DNA of 62,990 nucleotides, filler included, from Octopus bimaculoides (Eukaryota), in the NCBI RefSeq assembly GCF_001194135.2. It is 3 parts of 2 records of this genome, joined end to end, with 100 filler letters (N's around TTAATTAATTAA, not from the genome) between each part and the next. Parts side by side here need not be neighbours in the genome. Positions count along the whole stretch, not along the records: positions 1 to 30,208 come from NC_068986.1; 2 more parts are not named here. One strand, written 5' to 3'. Below the pieces are notes generated by a model. That model was not told where the DNA came from. It saw only the letters and a program-made list of their open reading frames with translations, and did not search any database. Below are positions 12,290 through 24,340 of this stretch, one piece after another (position 1 is the first letter of the stretch; each line of letters opens with the position of its first letter). The translations under genes and the position numbers were made by a program.

Positions 12290-14570
12290 TCTAATGTAGG
12301 CTACAAGTAGGAGATGGGGTTTTCAGTCAATTTCATCAACCCCAGTTACTTGACCTTGCTTATCTTAAATGATTTGAGTATGAAAAATAAAGTTGACCTC
12401 AGGAAAATTTAAATACAAAATATATAGAACATAGCTAACTCTCACAGAGTATTTAGATTTAATCTGATGCTCCACCAATTCTGACACTCTACCACCATAC
12501 TCTTCCTCCTAATTAGATGCAAAGTCTCGAATTTTATGGGAGGGAACAGTCAATAACATCAACTCTAGCATGATTTGAGCTCAGAATGTCAAGGAATGCA
12601 CTTAGCAAAATATAATGTGTCATTTGGTAGTCTAATGATTCAGCCAACCCATAACACAACAACAACAACAATAATAATAATAATAATAATAATCCTTTCT
12701 ACTCTAGTCACAAGGCCTGAAATTTGGGGCAAGGGGTTAAGTCAATTACATCAACCCCAGTACTCAACTGTTACTTAAGGCAAAGTCAACTCCAATGCCA
12801 GCAGTTTTGAGGGAGGGTAAGTCGATTGCATCAACCCCAATATGTAAATGGTCTACAAAGAATGAAAGGCAAAACTGAAGACTTGAACCCAGAATGTAAA
12901 GTGTTGGAATAAATGCCTGTAAGCAATTTATCCAATATGCAAATGATTCAACCAGTTCACTAACTTAATAATCCTTTCTACTATAAGCACAGGGCCTGAA
13001 ATTTTGAGCGAGGGAGATAGTTGATTACATCAACCCCAGTAATACTCAACTGGTACTTGATTTATCAACACCAAAAGGATGAAAGGCAAAGTCAACCTTA
13101 GCGGAATTTGAACTCAGAACGTGAAAGCATGAAATACCACTAAGCATTTTGTCCGGCGTTCTAATGATTCTGCCAGCTCGCCCTTTACTACCTTAATAAT
13201 AATAATAACTCTTGCTAATTTTGGCACAAGGCCACCAATTTTTAGGAAGGGATTAAGTTGATTACATTGACCCCAGTACTCTACTGGTACTTATTTTATT
13301 GACCCCCAAAAGACAAAGTTAACCTCAACAGCAGTTTAACTCAGAATGTGGACAGTCAGAAAAAATGCTACAAAGCATTTTGCCCTGTGTGCTAATAATT
13401 CTACCAGCTCACTGCCTTAATAATAATAATAATAACGGTTTCAAATTTTGGCATAAGGCCAGTAATTTCAGAGGAAGGGTGTAAGTTAGTTACAGTGACC
13501 CCCCAGTGTTCAACTGGTACTTATTTTATCAACCTTGAAAGGATGAAAGGCAAAGTCAATCTTGGTGGAATTTGAATTCAGAACATAAAGACAGATGCAA
13601 TGGTGCTAAGCATTTTGCCTGGTATGCTAATAGTGATTGTGTGCTAAGGACTAAGTGAAAAAGGTTAAGCTTTATGAGGGTTGATGGAGTCAATTCAGTC
13701 AGCCTAGTACTTAAATTATTGATCTTCCGAGGGACTAAAAACAAGACAGGATTAGATTTCTGAGTAATTGAACCTGGATACTGGTAGAACAAAACTAAAT
13801 ATTCTTTTCTACTCTAGGCACAAGACCCGAAATTTTTGGAGAGAGTGGGGAGACAGTCGATTAGATTGACCCCAGTACGCAACTGGTACTTAATTTATCG
13901 ACCCCAAAAGGATGAAAGGCAAAGTTGACCTCAGCGGAATTTGAACTCAGAACGTAAAGACAGACAAAATACCGCTAAGTAGTTCGCCTGGCATGCTAAC
14001 AGTTCTGCCAGCTTGCCAACTTAGAACAAAACTAAATATTGCAATGCAGTGAGTCTTCTACATAACCATTATTGCTCTTGCCCATACTAATAACAATAAC
14101 AAGGATTTATAAATTTGGCACAAAGTCACACAGATTGATGGATATTGTTGACAGACTCAACTTCTGTACATGATTAGTATGTGTATGTATATAGATATAT
14201 ATCGTCAACCCTGGAAGGACGAAAGCAAAATTACCCCCAGAGAGGTGAGACTAAATACTAAACAGTGTTTAGTCCAACATTCTACATTTTCTACCATTCC
14301 ATGGCTCTTGAATGTTGAAGATTATACTAATAATACTACTAAAAATAATAAGGGTTGCAAATTTTGGCACAGGGCCAGCAGTTTTTTTGAGAGGAGAGAG
14401 AAGTTGATTATATCGACCCCAGTACGTGACTGGTACTTATTTTATCAAACTTGAAAGGATGAAAGGCAAAGTCGGCCTTAGAGAAATTTTAAGTCCGAAT
14501 GTGAAGATAGATGAAATGCTACTAAGCATTTCGTCCTGTGTGCTAACAATTCTGCCAGCTCACCACCTTA
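12290..14570 (-). mobile_element. Cluster of about 8 head-to-tail SINE family A copies, several separated by (AAT)n tracts
   Basis: Copies at about 12290-12490, 12690-12780, 12790-12960, 12970-13190, 13210-13420, 13435-13630, 13800-14020 and 14350-14570, all in the same orientation. Confidence 0.85.
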
Positions 14571-16610
14571 ATAATAATGATGATAATAATAATAATAATA
14601 ATAATAATAAACTCTAACTTTGGCTCAAGGTCACAGGTTTAAGGGCAGGAAAAGGAACCAACAATTAATTCAAACCCAGTGTTAGTCAGGCATCAGTTTT
14701 TGCCATTTCACCATCTTAATGACAAAAATAATAATAATAATCGTAATTAGAAAGTAAAGGAATATTTTTTTTAAAAATAATCAAAACTTAAGAAAAATTA
14801 CAAAAAAACCCCAGAAAACGAGAAAACAAAAGCAGAATATCCATTGAGGTGTGGGAGGGGACTTAAGGAAGCTGGGTAGATAAAAGGTGGGTAGGTTCTG
14901 GATGTAGGTACCATTGATGAAGAAGTTATGCATACATATAAGCTACACACCACATGACTGCCACCTTAGGTTTGAAGACAGAGAGAGAGAGATACAGAAA
15001 GACAGAGAGAAAGAGAGAGAGAGAATGTAATACAGATAGTTTCTCACTCACTCTCTATCTTTCTCTCTCTCTCACTCTATTAAATATGAAAGCAAGAGTG
15101 ATATATATATACATATGTTTATGTATGCATATCATATATGCACACACATGTATATGTATGTATGTGTGTGTATATATATATATATACTTTATATATATAT
15201 ATGGGATGTATGTATAAGAAAAACAAAGAGAAATGTAGATATGAAAACAAAGAAACAAAAATTCAATCTGATTTTTTTTTCTTTTTTCATTTTCAGGTTC
15301 AAATGTCACAGTTTCAATCTTAAGTCGAGCCATAGGTTCAAGTTTGATCATTTCTCCTTTAATAAAATAGATATTGTTGTGTGTGTGTGTGTGTAATGTG
15401 CCTGTGTGAATTTGTGCTTGTGTTTTTTTTAAATTTTATGATTTGTTATTTCTCATTTTATTTTGATTTTATATACATGTTTATGAGAACAAGTAGAAGA
15501 GATGGCGGTCCAGATGGAAATGGGAGTGTATGTGTATGAGTATGTATGTATGTATGTATGCATGTATGTATGTATGTGTGTGCATGTAATTGTTTGAATT
15601 ATTTTAATATAAATGTATGTATATATAATTATGTGCATGTGTGTGTGTGTGTAACTACACTTATAAGCATCTACATAAACACTTACATATTTGCATAAAT
15701 TAATATGTCTCAGTGCATGTGTATGTAAAAGAAAGTGAGAGGAAGAGAGAAAGTATGTGTCTATGTATATGAATAAATTATGTATATATATATATATTTT
15801 AAATATCATAGGCTATTTCTTTCTTCAGTTTTGTTTCCCCTTTTTTCCCTATCATTTCTTTATATCTACAATTTTTACATCTCATGTGTATGTACGCGTG
15901 CACATGTCTGCATATGTGTGCATCAAAGGATATAATAAGTTAGTTGTGCTCCTTATATTGCAGTTTCAGCATTTATGAATTATTCAAATGGTATACATTT
16001 GACTATGTGTTAGCATTTGATTAATCCATAATGGCAAAATTGTGCAGTAACTAACCTGCTTTACCGTTTAGTATACGCATATATACATATACATTTACCA
16101 TCTCTTTCTTAAATCAGTTTTTCACCAAGTGATGGAATTATGGTTGTACTAATATTGGTTGTTATTAGGATGGTTAAAGAGTTAGTGTAAGAGATAGCTG
16201 TATGTTGTTGGCAGGGACGGTTGTATAATTGTTGTAGCTGGTGTTAGGGGTGTCTGTATGGCTGAATTTACCCCCAAATCCACCCTGATCAAGCAGATAT
16301 ATGATCAAAGCAATCTGACCATGACCATCCAATACTTGTAGGGGTATTTGTATTGGACAAATTATCTAATGTATTTTTGCTTTAACGATTGTAAGGTGTA
16401 GTTTGAGAGTAATTTGTCTAATGTTTCTAGCAGCTCAATCGACCACATATAGACTCCCTTGTTGTTTGTTAGGGGTGGCTCTATGATTGCTGTGTGTACT
16501 GTTAGTGTAAGTGGTGGTTGTATGGTTGGTGTTAGGAGTAGCTGCACAGTTGGTGTTAGCAGTGGTTGCATGGTTGCATGCTGAGGGTTGATCAGTTGGT
16601 AATGTCAGAA

Positions 16611-16861
16611 TCAGTTGAGGTTTGACTGGTCAACAGCACTGACAGCTGTAAACTCGGGCCTCATTTGACAGTTCGGGTCGTCATCGACTTGCTGTGTGTA
16701 TTTTGGCCCATGTGGTGTGTCTGCAGGACGGAGTATAGCCCTCTCCTCCTCTTGATTGTGGTCACTCTTCAAGTAGAAATGGAAGCCCAGGTTCAGTTCC
16801 GGAATCTCATACATCACGGTCAGGGTTAGCATCATCATGATCAAGCCAAATATGAGGTATC
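16611..16861 (-). CDS. KCNK1: TWIK-type K2P channel last coding exon: M4 and cytoplasmic tail (YLIFGLIMMMLTLTVMYEIPELNLGFHFYLK...SNLN*)
   Basis: Pyrimidine tract plus ccctcag acceptor; phase 1 continues ITG|YLIFGL, matching human KCNK1 exon 3 YLLLGLIAMLVVLETFCELHEL; TGA at 16611-16613. Confidence 0.9.
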
Positions 16862-17676
16862 CTGAGGGTGAAAGGGAGTGAAAGTTAGAGGATGAGTAAG
16901 AGTACAGAAGAAAGAGGGAGAGAGAGAGAGAGAGAGAGAAAAAAACAATGAAAATGTGTGTCTAACAACAAGAATAGATGGGGTGTGTGTGTAAAAAAAA
17001 AGATGATGTATATGTGTCTATAAAAAAGAGACAGAGTTAATAGCGTATGAGTTTATATGTGTGTGGGATAATAGATAGTGTGTGTGTGTGTGTGTGTGTA
17101 TGCTTGTGCATGATAGAAGAAATGGGTGTTGTTTGTTTGAGTGTGTATGGCAGAGTGTGAGAGAGAAAGAGAAATGTATAAAAGTAAATGGTTGTGTATA
17201 AAAGAAAGAGAAAGATAAGAAGCAAGAGAATGTATGTGTGGATAAATTCAGAAGAATAAAATAATTTTAATGATAAAACTGATTCAAAATTTGAATGATA
17301 CAAAGAATTACGATTCTTTTAATGAAGGGAAATCACACACAAACACACACTCCTTTCCTGTCTTGTTTTCTGTCCGCCACTACATTCCTCCATGGTACAG
17401 TTTAATTTGTGTATACAAATTTAATTTGTGATCCATGGGAAGAGCCATTTTAACGATGCGTCCTGCCCTACTCTTCGAAACGCCTGTGTTAGAATGGGGG
17501 TAGCTGATGAAGGAAAATGTTCTCTATGTGGCCTGTGTGTGTTCTGTACTCTGGTTATTATTTTTTTGTCTACGTTTTGTTTGCAATGTTCTGTACCCAG
17601 ATATGCACCTATATATACAGGGAGACATAGGTATGCACATACCTGTACGTATATATGCATATACTAATTTATTATT

Positions 17677-17717
<41 letters not shown>

Positions 17718-17718
<1 letters not shown>

Positions 17719-18060
17719 GTCCGCCTGACTGGCTCCCGTGCTGGTGGCATGTAAAAAGTACCAACCAATTGTGGCCGATGCCAGTACGCACTGACTGGCT
17801 TTTGTGCTGGTGGCACATAAAAAGCACCATCCGAATGTATTTGATGCCAGGCCCACCTCACTGTCTCCTGTGCCGGTGGCATGTAAAAAACACCCACTAC
17901 ACTCTCGGAGTGGTTGGTGTTAGGAAGAGGATCCAGCTGTAGAAACATTGCCAGATCAGATTGGAACCTGGTGCAACCGCTTGCTCTCCAGACTTCATCA
18001 AACAGTCCAACCCATGCCAGCATGGAAAGCAGACGTCAAAGGATGATGATGATGATGACG
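17718..18060 (+). mobile_element. Repeat family D copy in the KCNK1 last intron
   Basis: Same body and (GAT)n tail as 7770-8160. Confidence 0.8.
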
Positions 18061-18569
18061 AATATATATATATGTGTGTGTTAATAATGAACTAGAAGAA
18101 AAACTATACAACACAGGGAAGGTAGAAAGGCAATTCTTTTTAACAGAATTTGTTAAGTTTCTGGAACCCAAGGTTTCATACTGAAGAAAATTAGTAATTA
18201 TTTAACCAGAATTTAAGATAACACATGACACTTCAGCTTTGTTGTTGACAAGAATGTGATATGAAATTACAGATGAGATATCGACATCATCAAAACACTG
18301 AATAAAAGCTTGTAAAAGTTAGCTATAGTTGCCATCTCAACATAGACTTGCAAATGTTTAGCTATAACAAAAACATTAGGAACCACCATCCACAATTTTG
18401 TAACTATACATCCATTGACCGCAGTTCTCGAAACAACAAATGTCATGAGAAGGAGCTATTGTATGGAGCCTACGTTTCTAATGTTGATAGTACACCAAGG
18501 ACTTACATTGAATTAACAAGGGAACACCTTCAAGGAAAGATTTGCATAGCACAGAGCTTTATTTAAAAA

Positions 18570-18850
18570 GTTGTTGTTGTTGGCACTCCGTCGCTTACGA
18601 CGTCGAGTGTTCCATTTGATCCGATCAACGGAACAGCCTGCTCGTGAAATTAACGTGCAAGTGGCTGAGCACTCCACAGGCACGTGTACCCTTAACGTAG
18701 TTCTCGGGGATATTCAGCGTGACACGGCTGACCCTTTGAATCACAGGCACAACAGAAACAGGAAGTAAGAATGAGAGAAAGTCGTGGTGGAAGAGTACAG
18801 CAGGGTTCGTCACCATCCTCCGCCGGAGCCTCGTGGAGCTTTAGGTGTTT
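18570..18850 (-). mobile_element. SINE family C copy (truncated by gap)
   Basis: Reverse complement of about 8815-9090. Confidence 0.9.
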
Positions 18851-19800
18851 NNNNNNNNNNNNNNNNNNNNNNNNNNNNNNNNNNNNNNNNNNNNNNNNNN
18901 NNNNNNNNNNNNNNNNNNNNNNNNNNNNNNNNNNNNNNNNNNNNNNNNNNNNNNNNNNNNNNNNNNNNNNNNNNNNNNNNNNNNNNNNNNNNNNNNNNNN
19001 NNNNNNNNNNNNNNNNNNNNNNNNNNNNNNNNNNNNNNNNNNNNNNNNNNNNNNNNNNNNNNNNNNNNNNNNNNNNNNNNNNNNNNNNNNNNNNNNNNNN
19101 NNNNNNNNNNNNNNNNNNNNNNNNNNNNNNNNNNNNNNNNNNNNNNNNNNNNNNNNNNNNNNNNNNNNNNNNNNNNNNNNNNNNNNNNNNNNNNNNNNNN
19201 NNNNNNNNNNNNNNNNNNNNNNNNNNNNNNNNNNNNNNNNNNNNNNNNNNNNNNNNNNNNNNNNNNNNNNNNNNNNNNNNNNNNNNNNNNNNNNNNNNNN
19301 NNNNNNNNNNNNNNNNNNNNNNNNNNNNNNNNNNNNNNNNNNNNNNNNNNNNNNNNNNNNNNNNNNNNNNNNNNNNNNNNNNNNNNNNNNNNNNNNNNNN
19401 NNNNNNNNNNNNNNNNNNNNNNNNNNNNNNNNNNNNNNNNNNNNNNNNNNNNNNNNNNNNNNNNNNNNNNNNNNNNNNNNNNNNNNNNNNNNNNNNNNNN
19501 NNNNNNNNNNNNNNNNNNNNNNNNNNNNNNNNNNNNNNNNNNNNNNNNNNNNNNNNNNNNNNNNNNNNNNNNNNNNNNNNNNNNNNNNNNNNNNNNNNNN
19601 NNNNNNNNNNNNNNNNNNNNNNNNNNNNNNNNNNNNNNNNNNNNNNNNNNNNNNNNNNNNNNNNNNNNNNNNNNNNNNNNNNNNNNNNNNNNNNNNNNNN
19701 NNNNNNNNNNNNNNNNNNNNNNNNNNNNNNNNNNNNNNNNNNNNNNNNNNNNNNNNNNNNNNNNNNNNNNNNNNNNNNNNNNNNNNNNNNNNNNNNNNNN
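18851..19800. other. Assembly gap (950 N) inside the last KCNK1 intron
   Basis: Run of N. Other gaps at about 38168-38316, 40026-40393, 41035-41134, 43535-43889 and 52877-53326, mostly abutting TA/CA-type microsatellites. Confidence 1.
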
Positions 19801-19833
<33 letters not shown>

Positions 19834-20779
19834 GAACTTTCAAAAGAGGTAGAAAATCTGCACGAAGTTAATTATCGTATTACGCTGCAACAAGGGAAAC
19901 AAACTAGCATTACAATTCCACACTGATTATTTCCCCTCACACATCCATATGTGCTTCTCAGACACTCCTCTTTTTCTACGTTAGCATGAGATAGACGAAT
20001 ACATTATCTCAGCATCGTTTTACAACAAGATGCCCTTTCTGTCACTAACCCATACCTGTTTTTCAAGTAAAGGATCTATTATTTCATACATTTTTGAAGG
20101 TGCAAACAAAAGGCTGAAACTTTAATGATATCTGTGGCATGAAGTTTCTAAAATTCAGTTCCAGCAGAATTTGAACTCAGAATGTTGAGGTACATTTAAG
20201 ATATCAAGGTCACATACATCAGAGTTGCCTGCTTATAAAAATGCGCGCGCGTGCGTGCGTCAGTGTGAAACTAATACTGTTGTCTGGAAGTATTGATTTT
20301 TCACGTTAGCGTTAATTACTTACACTCTGTGTATATGTGTGAATGTGTATATCTGTGTATAAATGCATGGTTGTGTTTGGGTATGAACACATGAGTATGT
20401 GTCCGCTTGTCTGTGTATTGTCTTGTTATAGTGTGAGGTGTATCAGTGTTCAATGGTTATACACTATGTGTCAGTGTTGAGTGTGAGTCTTTCTGTGCTC
20501 AATGGTTGTATAGTCATTAATGTCTAATATATCTACACATCCGTTCACTGTGTTAACTCAATGTAGAATGTCTGTACTTGATCTCTTCATAAAATCCTAA
20601 CAAATCTAACACACAGATAAAGCCAGTGTCCCCCTAGAGATGCACCAACTATAACACAGTTAAAGTATATCATAGCCAGCAACAAAAAGCTAGTTCAACT
20701 CTTTTGATATCAATATGCTTGAGATCACCCCTGGTAATGATAAACCCTCCATTTTCAAGTACTAATATTTAGATCTGAT

Positions 20780-20990
20780 AAGGCGACGAGCTGGCAGAAA
20801 CGTTAGCACAGGTGAAATGCTTAGCGGTATTTCGTTTGTCGCTACGTTCTGAGTTCAAATTCTGCTGAGGTCGACTTTGCTTTTCATCCTTTCGAGGTCA
20901 ATAAATTAAGTACCAGTTGCGTACTGGGGTCGATCTAATCAACTGACCCCTTCTCCAAAAATTTCAAGCCCTGTGCTTAGAGTAGAAACG
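20780..20990 (+). mobile_element. Full-length SINE family A with perfect 16-bp target-site duplication
   Basis: TSD aatatttagatctgat at 20764-20779 and 20991-21006. Confidence 0.92.
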
Positions 20991-21079
20991 AATATTTAGA
21001 TCTGATTCTTACATCATAGTAAGAATCTTTTGTTTAGTTGTGCACCTAACCCCATCTTTATAATAGCTATTATTATTTT

Positions 21080-21296
21080 TTTTTCTACTCTAGGCATAAG
21101 ACCCCAAATTTTTTTGGTGTGGGGCAGCAGTCGATTAGATTGACACCAATATGCAATTGGTACTTAATTTATCAACCCCAAAAGGATGAAAGGCAAAGTC
21201 AACCTCGACGGAATTTGAACTCAGAACATAAAGACAGACGAAATACTGCTACGCTTTTTGCCCAGTGTGCTAACGTTTCTGCCAGTTCACCACCTT
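21080..21296 (-). mobile_element. Full-length SINE family A, inverted relative to 20780-20990
   Basis: Its reverse complement aligns end to end with the + copy; (TAT)n/poly-T tail side at about 21068-21083. Confidence 0.9.
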
Positions 21297-21486
21297 TTAT
21301 AGTAGTTATTATACTATGACAAAATATTTCAGTTCCTTTAGCATTTAAATTTTACAATGCCCTCTGAATCACAACTTATAAATCCACACAAATTCTTGAG
21401 TATTTTTCAAAATGAAATGAAATGAACTGCGTAGGCGGTGTATTTTGCTAGGAATATAATAATGAAAGGATTAAGGTGTGATATAC

Positions 21487-21885
21487 CTGTAATGGCCACT
21501 TTGTAGACAGCTCGGTACCTTTGGTCAGGACTGTCTCCAGGAATGTAATCTCCAAGACCGATGGTTGTGAGCGATATAAAACAGTAATAGAATCCATCCA
21601 GGTAGTTCCAGTTTGGTTCAAGGACTGAGAAAATGGCAGACGGAATGAGGAAGAACAGCGTAATGATGATTATGCCAACAAGCATTAGGTGCAACATCCG
21701 GATGTGAAAAACACGATACAGGTGACCAAGTTTCTGTAGCATCCAGTGCAGCAATGCTGTGACTGGGATCATCAGTCGTTCAACTAATGCCGTGAACATA
21801 ATGAGGGTCAAAGGGATGCCAATCAGGGCGTAGATTATACAGAATCCTTTTCCAACATCTGACAGCGGAGTCACTCGACCATAAC
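21487..21885 (-). CDS. KCNK1: TWIK-type K2P channel exon: GYG filter, M2, M3, pore loop P2 (TTIGLGD) and start of M4
   Basis: ttttcag acceptor and GTATAT donor; 399 nt, phase 1 to phase 1. GYGRVTPLSDVGKGFCIIYALIGIPLTL...FISLTTIGLGDYIPG closely resembles KCNK1 exon 2. GLG in P2 is the TWIK-subfamily signature. Confidence 0.95.
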
Positions 21886-22764
21886 CTGAAAAGGTAAAAA
21901 AAGGAAAAGAAAATAACTTATACTTTTTAAGCATGTATGTATAAATGTGTGTGTGTGTTGTTATTGATTAGCTTCAGTTCAATCCTGACTTAGCACACTT
22001 GTGATTGAATGTGCTCCAACCATGACTATCCTACCTTTTATTCAGACTTAGTGTATCTAACATATCATAATCCAGTGTTTGCTTCCCTTTTCAAGATGAT
22101 AGGAAGTGATTTTAGGGAGAGTTGACTGCTCTTTCTAGCACATCAAGCAACTTTGTAGAAGCTCTCTTGTGCTAACTGTAGAGATGACAAAATGGTTAAG
22201 AATTTCAGTTAGTAATTAATAGATTCCAGGTTCAGTCTTACTCTTGGGAAGTATCTTCTAGCAGAGCCTTATACCAATCCATGCCTTGTGAATGGTATGG
22301 GAACAGAGGTACTGAAGATCATCCAAAGAAGCCCAGCTTTGTCCCACACATTGTCAGTCTCATTCTATCTGAAGACTATGTTAAGAATACAAGTATCCTT
22401 AACCACTAACACTCATCATCATCACATATATGCTTTTTGCAGTGGATTGGTGACACTACATCAAAAGTCTTTCCAATTAAGCACAGGTTCAGTCTGATGA
22501 AGCCATAGCGTCACATTATTCTGACTTTCCCATAGATACCAGTCAACTGCAGGGTTACTCATTTACAGCTGAGCATGAGAAACATTAAATGAATTGTTTT
22601 GCTCAAGAACACAACATACCACCTGGTCCAGGAATCAAGACTACGATCTTATGACTGTGAGTGCAACACCCTAACCACTAGGCCACTTGCCTTCATTTAG
22701 TCATCCCACCCCAGCAAAGAAACAACAGACATAAAAATTGTGATGGTGATGATGATGGAGGAAG

Positions 22765-23092
22765 AGACTCCCTTCGGTCATGAATGACCATGGGATTGCA
22801 CCTAGAAAGTTACCCTCCGAGGCACAAGTCCGAGCAAGGTTGTTTGTGGAAGGCCAGCAGTCGCCCATGCATACCAGCCTCCCCTCTCCACACCACTGAT
22901 GTTATCCAAGGGAAAGGCAAAGGCTGATACAGCTTGGCACCAATGACATCACAACTCATTTCTATAGGTGAGTGAACTGGGGCAGCATGAAATAAAGTGT
23001 CTTGCTCAAGAACACAACACACAACCTGGTCCAGGAATCAAACTCACAACCTCATGGTCGTAAGCTCGATGCTCTAACCACTGAGCCATGCT
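22765..23092 (-). mobile_element. Full-length SINE family E between (GAT)n tracts
   Basis: Head gcatggctcagtggttagagcatcgagc...gtttgattcctgg; 3' end gtcattcatgaccgaagggagtc. Confidence 0.85.
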
Positions 23093-23181
23093 GATGGTGA
23101 TGATGTTGATGATAATAATGGTGCTGTGGATACTCTGAAAAACCATATTCAAACAGGCAGACATGCATCAATATCACTTAC

Positions 23182-23325
23182 CTATGGTGGTAAGTACGGT
23201 AGTTGCAAAAAACAGTGACTGGCCAAAACTCCAGTTTGGTTCATAGATAGTGATGTTCTTTGCAGCAAAGACACCTCGGTTTGCAGCTGTCACTATGATG
23301 TTTATGAATCCTTCTAGTTCCTCCT
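23182..23325 (-). CDS. KCNK1: TWIK-type K2P channel internal exon: end of cap and pore loop P1 (EELEGFINIIVTAANRGVFAAKNITIYEPNWSFGQSLFFATTVLTTIG)
   Basis: tttctttccag acceptor and GTAAGT donor; 144 nt, phase 1 to phase 1. Contains the W-x-F-x-x-S-L-F-F...TTIG pore helix and an N-I-T sequon. Joins in frame to the next exon to give TTIG|YG. Not in the supplied ORF track. Confidence 0.92.
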
Positions 23326-23420
23326 CTGGAAAGAAATTTTAAAAACCAGCAATGTAGACATTGTTAATAATCATTACAAGTGGTAAACAGAAATCAATAA
23401 ACGAAAATAATAACAGCAGC

Positions 23421-23468
<48 letters not shown>

Positions 23469-23469
23469 T

Positions 23470-24340
23470 CACAAAACTGAGGCAGAACTGGACAGCCTAG
23501 TACAGTCTGTGCAGATTTTCTCCAATGATATTAAGATGGAGTTTGGACTCTCAAAATGTGCTACGATAGTGATGAGATGAGGAAAGCTTGCCGGGACAGA
23601 AAGCATAAGGTTGCTAAGTGGAGAAATGGTGAAAGTAATTCAACCTCAATCTAGTTATAAATACCTGGGAATACTTGAGGCAGATGGAATCAAACACCAC
23701 AACAAGAAGAAAAAGACAAAAAGAGAGTACCTGCAGCGAGTGAGAAAAATATTGGCTTCAAAGCTGAATGCCAGAAATATAATTTCAGCAATAAACTCGC
23801 GCGCAGTCGCAGTAGTTTGGTATGGCACCGGAATCCGGAAGTGGACAGGAGATGGACAGGAAGTCAAGAAAGTTCCTAATGATGCATGGAGCTTATCATC
23901 GACATGCAGACACTGATTGCCTATACATGAAGAGAGCAAATGGAGGAAGGGGACTGATAAGTGTAGAAGACTGTGTGCATATTGAACTCGAGAGCTTAAT
24001 GAGATACCTAACCCAAAGTAAGGAAACTTTGCTAGTGACAATTAGGAATGAAGGAATATCGAGAGCAGAGCAAAAAGGGAAAACAAAGGACATGAAGAAG
24101 AATTATGCGAGAAGGGACTGCACAGTCAATTCCATGTAGCCACAACAGAAGTTGATGGAAAAAATAGGTGGGATTGGCTAATGAAAGGAACCCTAAAAAA
24201 GGAGACTGAGAGCACTATACTGGCAGCGCAGGACCAAACTCTGGCCACAAACTGAAGGGTCAACCTGAGGAATGAGCAAGTGTCTCGACTGTGCCGCATC
24301 TGCAATAGAGTGGATGAAACCATTACCCATATCATTTTTC
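23470..24340 (+). mobile_element. 5'-truncated, decayed R4/Dong-like non-LTR retrotransposon (RT thumb to CCHC finger)
   Basis: ELDSLVQSVQIFSNDIKMEFGLSKCA, YKYLGILEADGI, AINSRAVAVVWYG, LYMKRANGGRGLISVEDCV, ETESTILAAQDQTL and CRICNRVDETITHI; frameshifts; starts immediately after (AAT)n at about 23420-23468. Confidence 0.88.

Noticed and set aside
12290-14570. Idea that SINE A is mobilised by the TAA-targeting R4/Dong LINE
   Set aside because: In sense orientation SINE A is tailed by (ATT)n while the LINE is tailed by (TAA)n (opposite strand), and I see no shared 3' sequence.
18692-19926. Long 335-383 aa ORFs
   Set aside because: They consist almost entirely of X from the 950-N gap. The same applies to ORFs over the gaps near 38.2, 40.0, 41.0, 43.5 and 52.9 kb.
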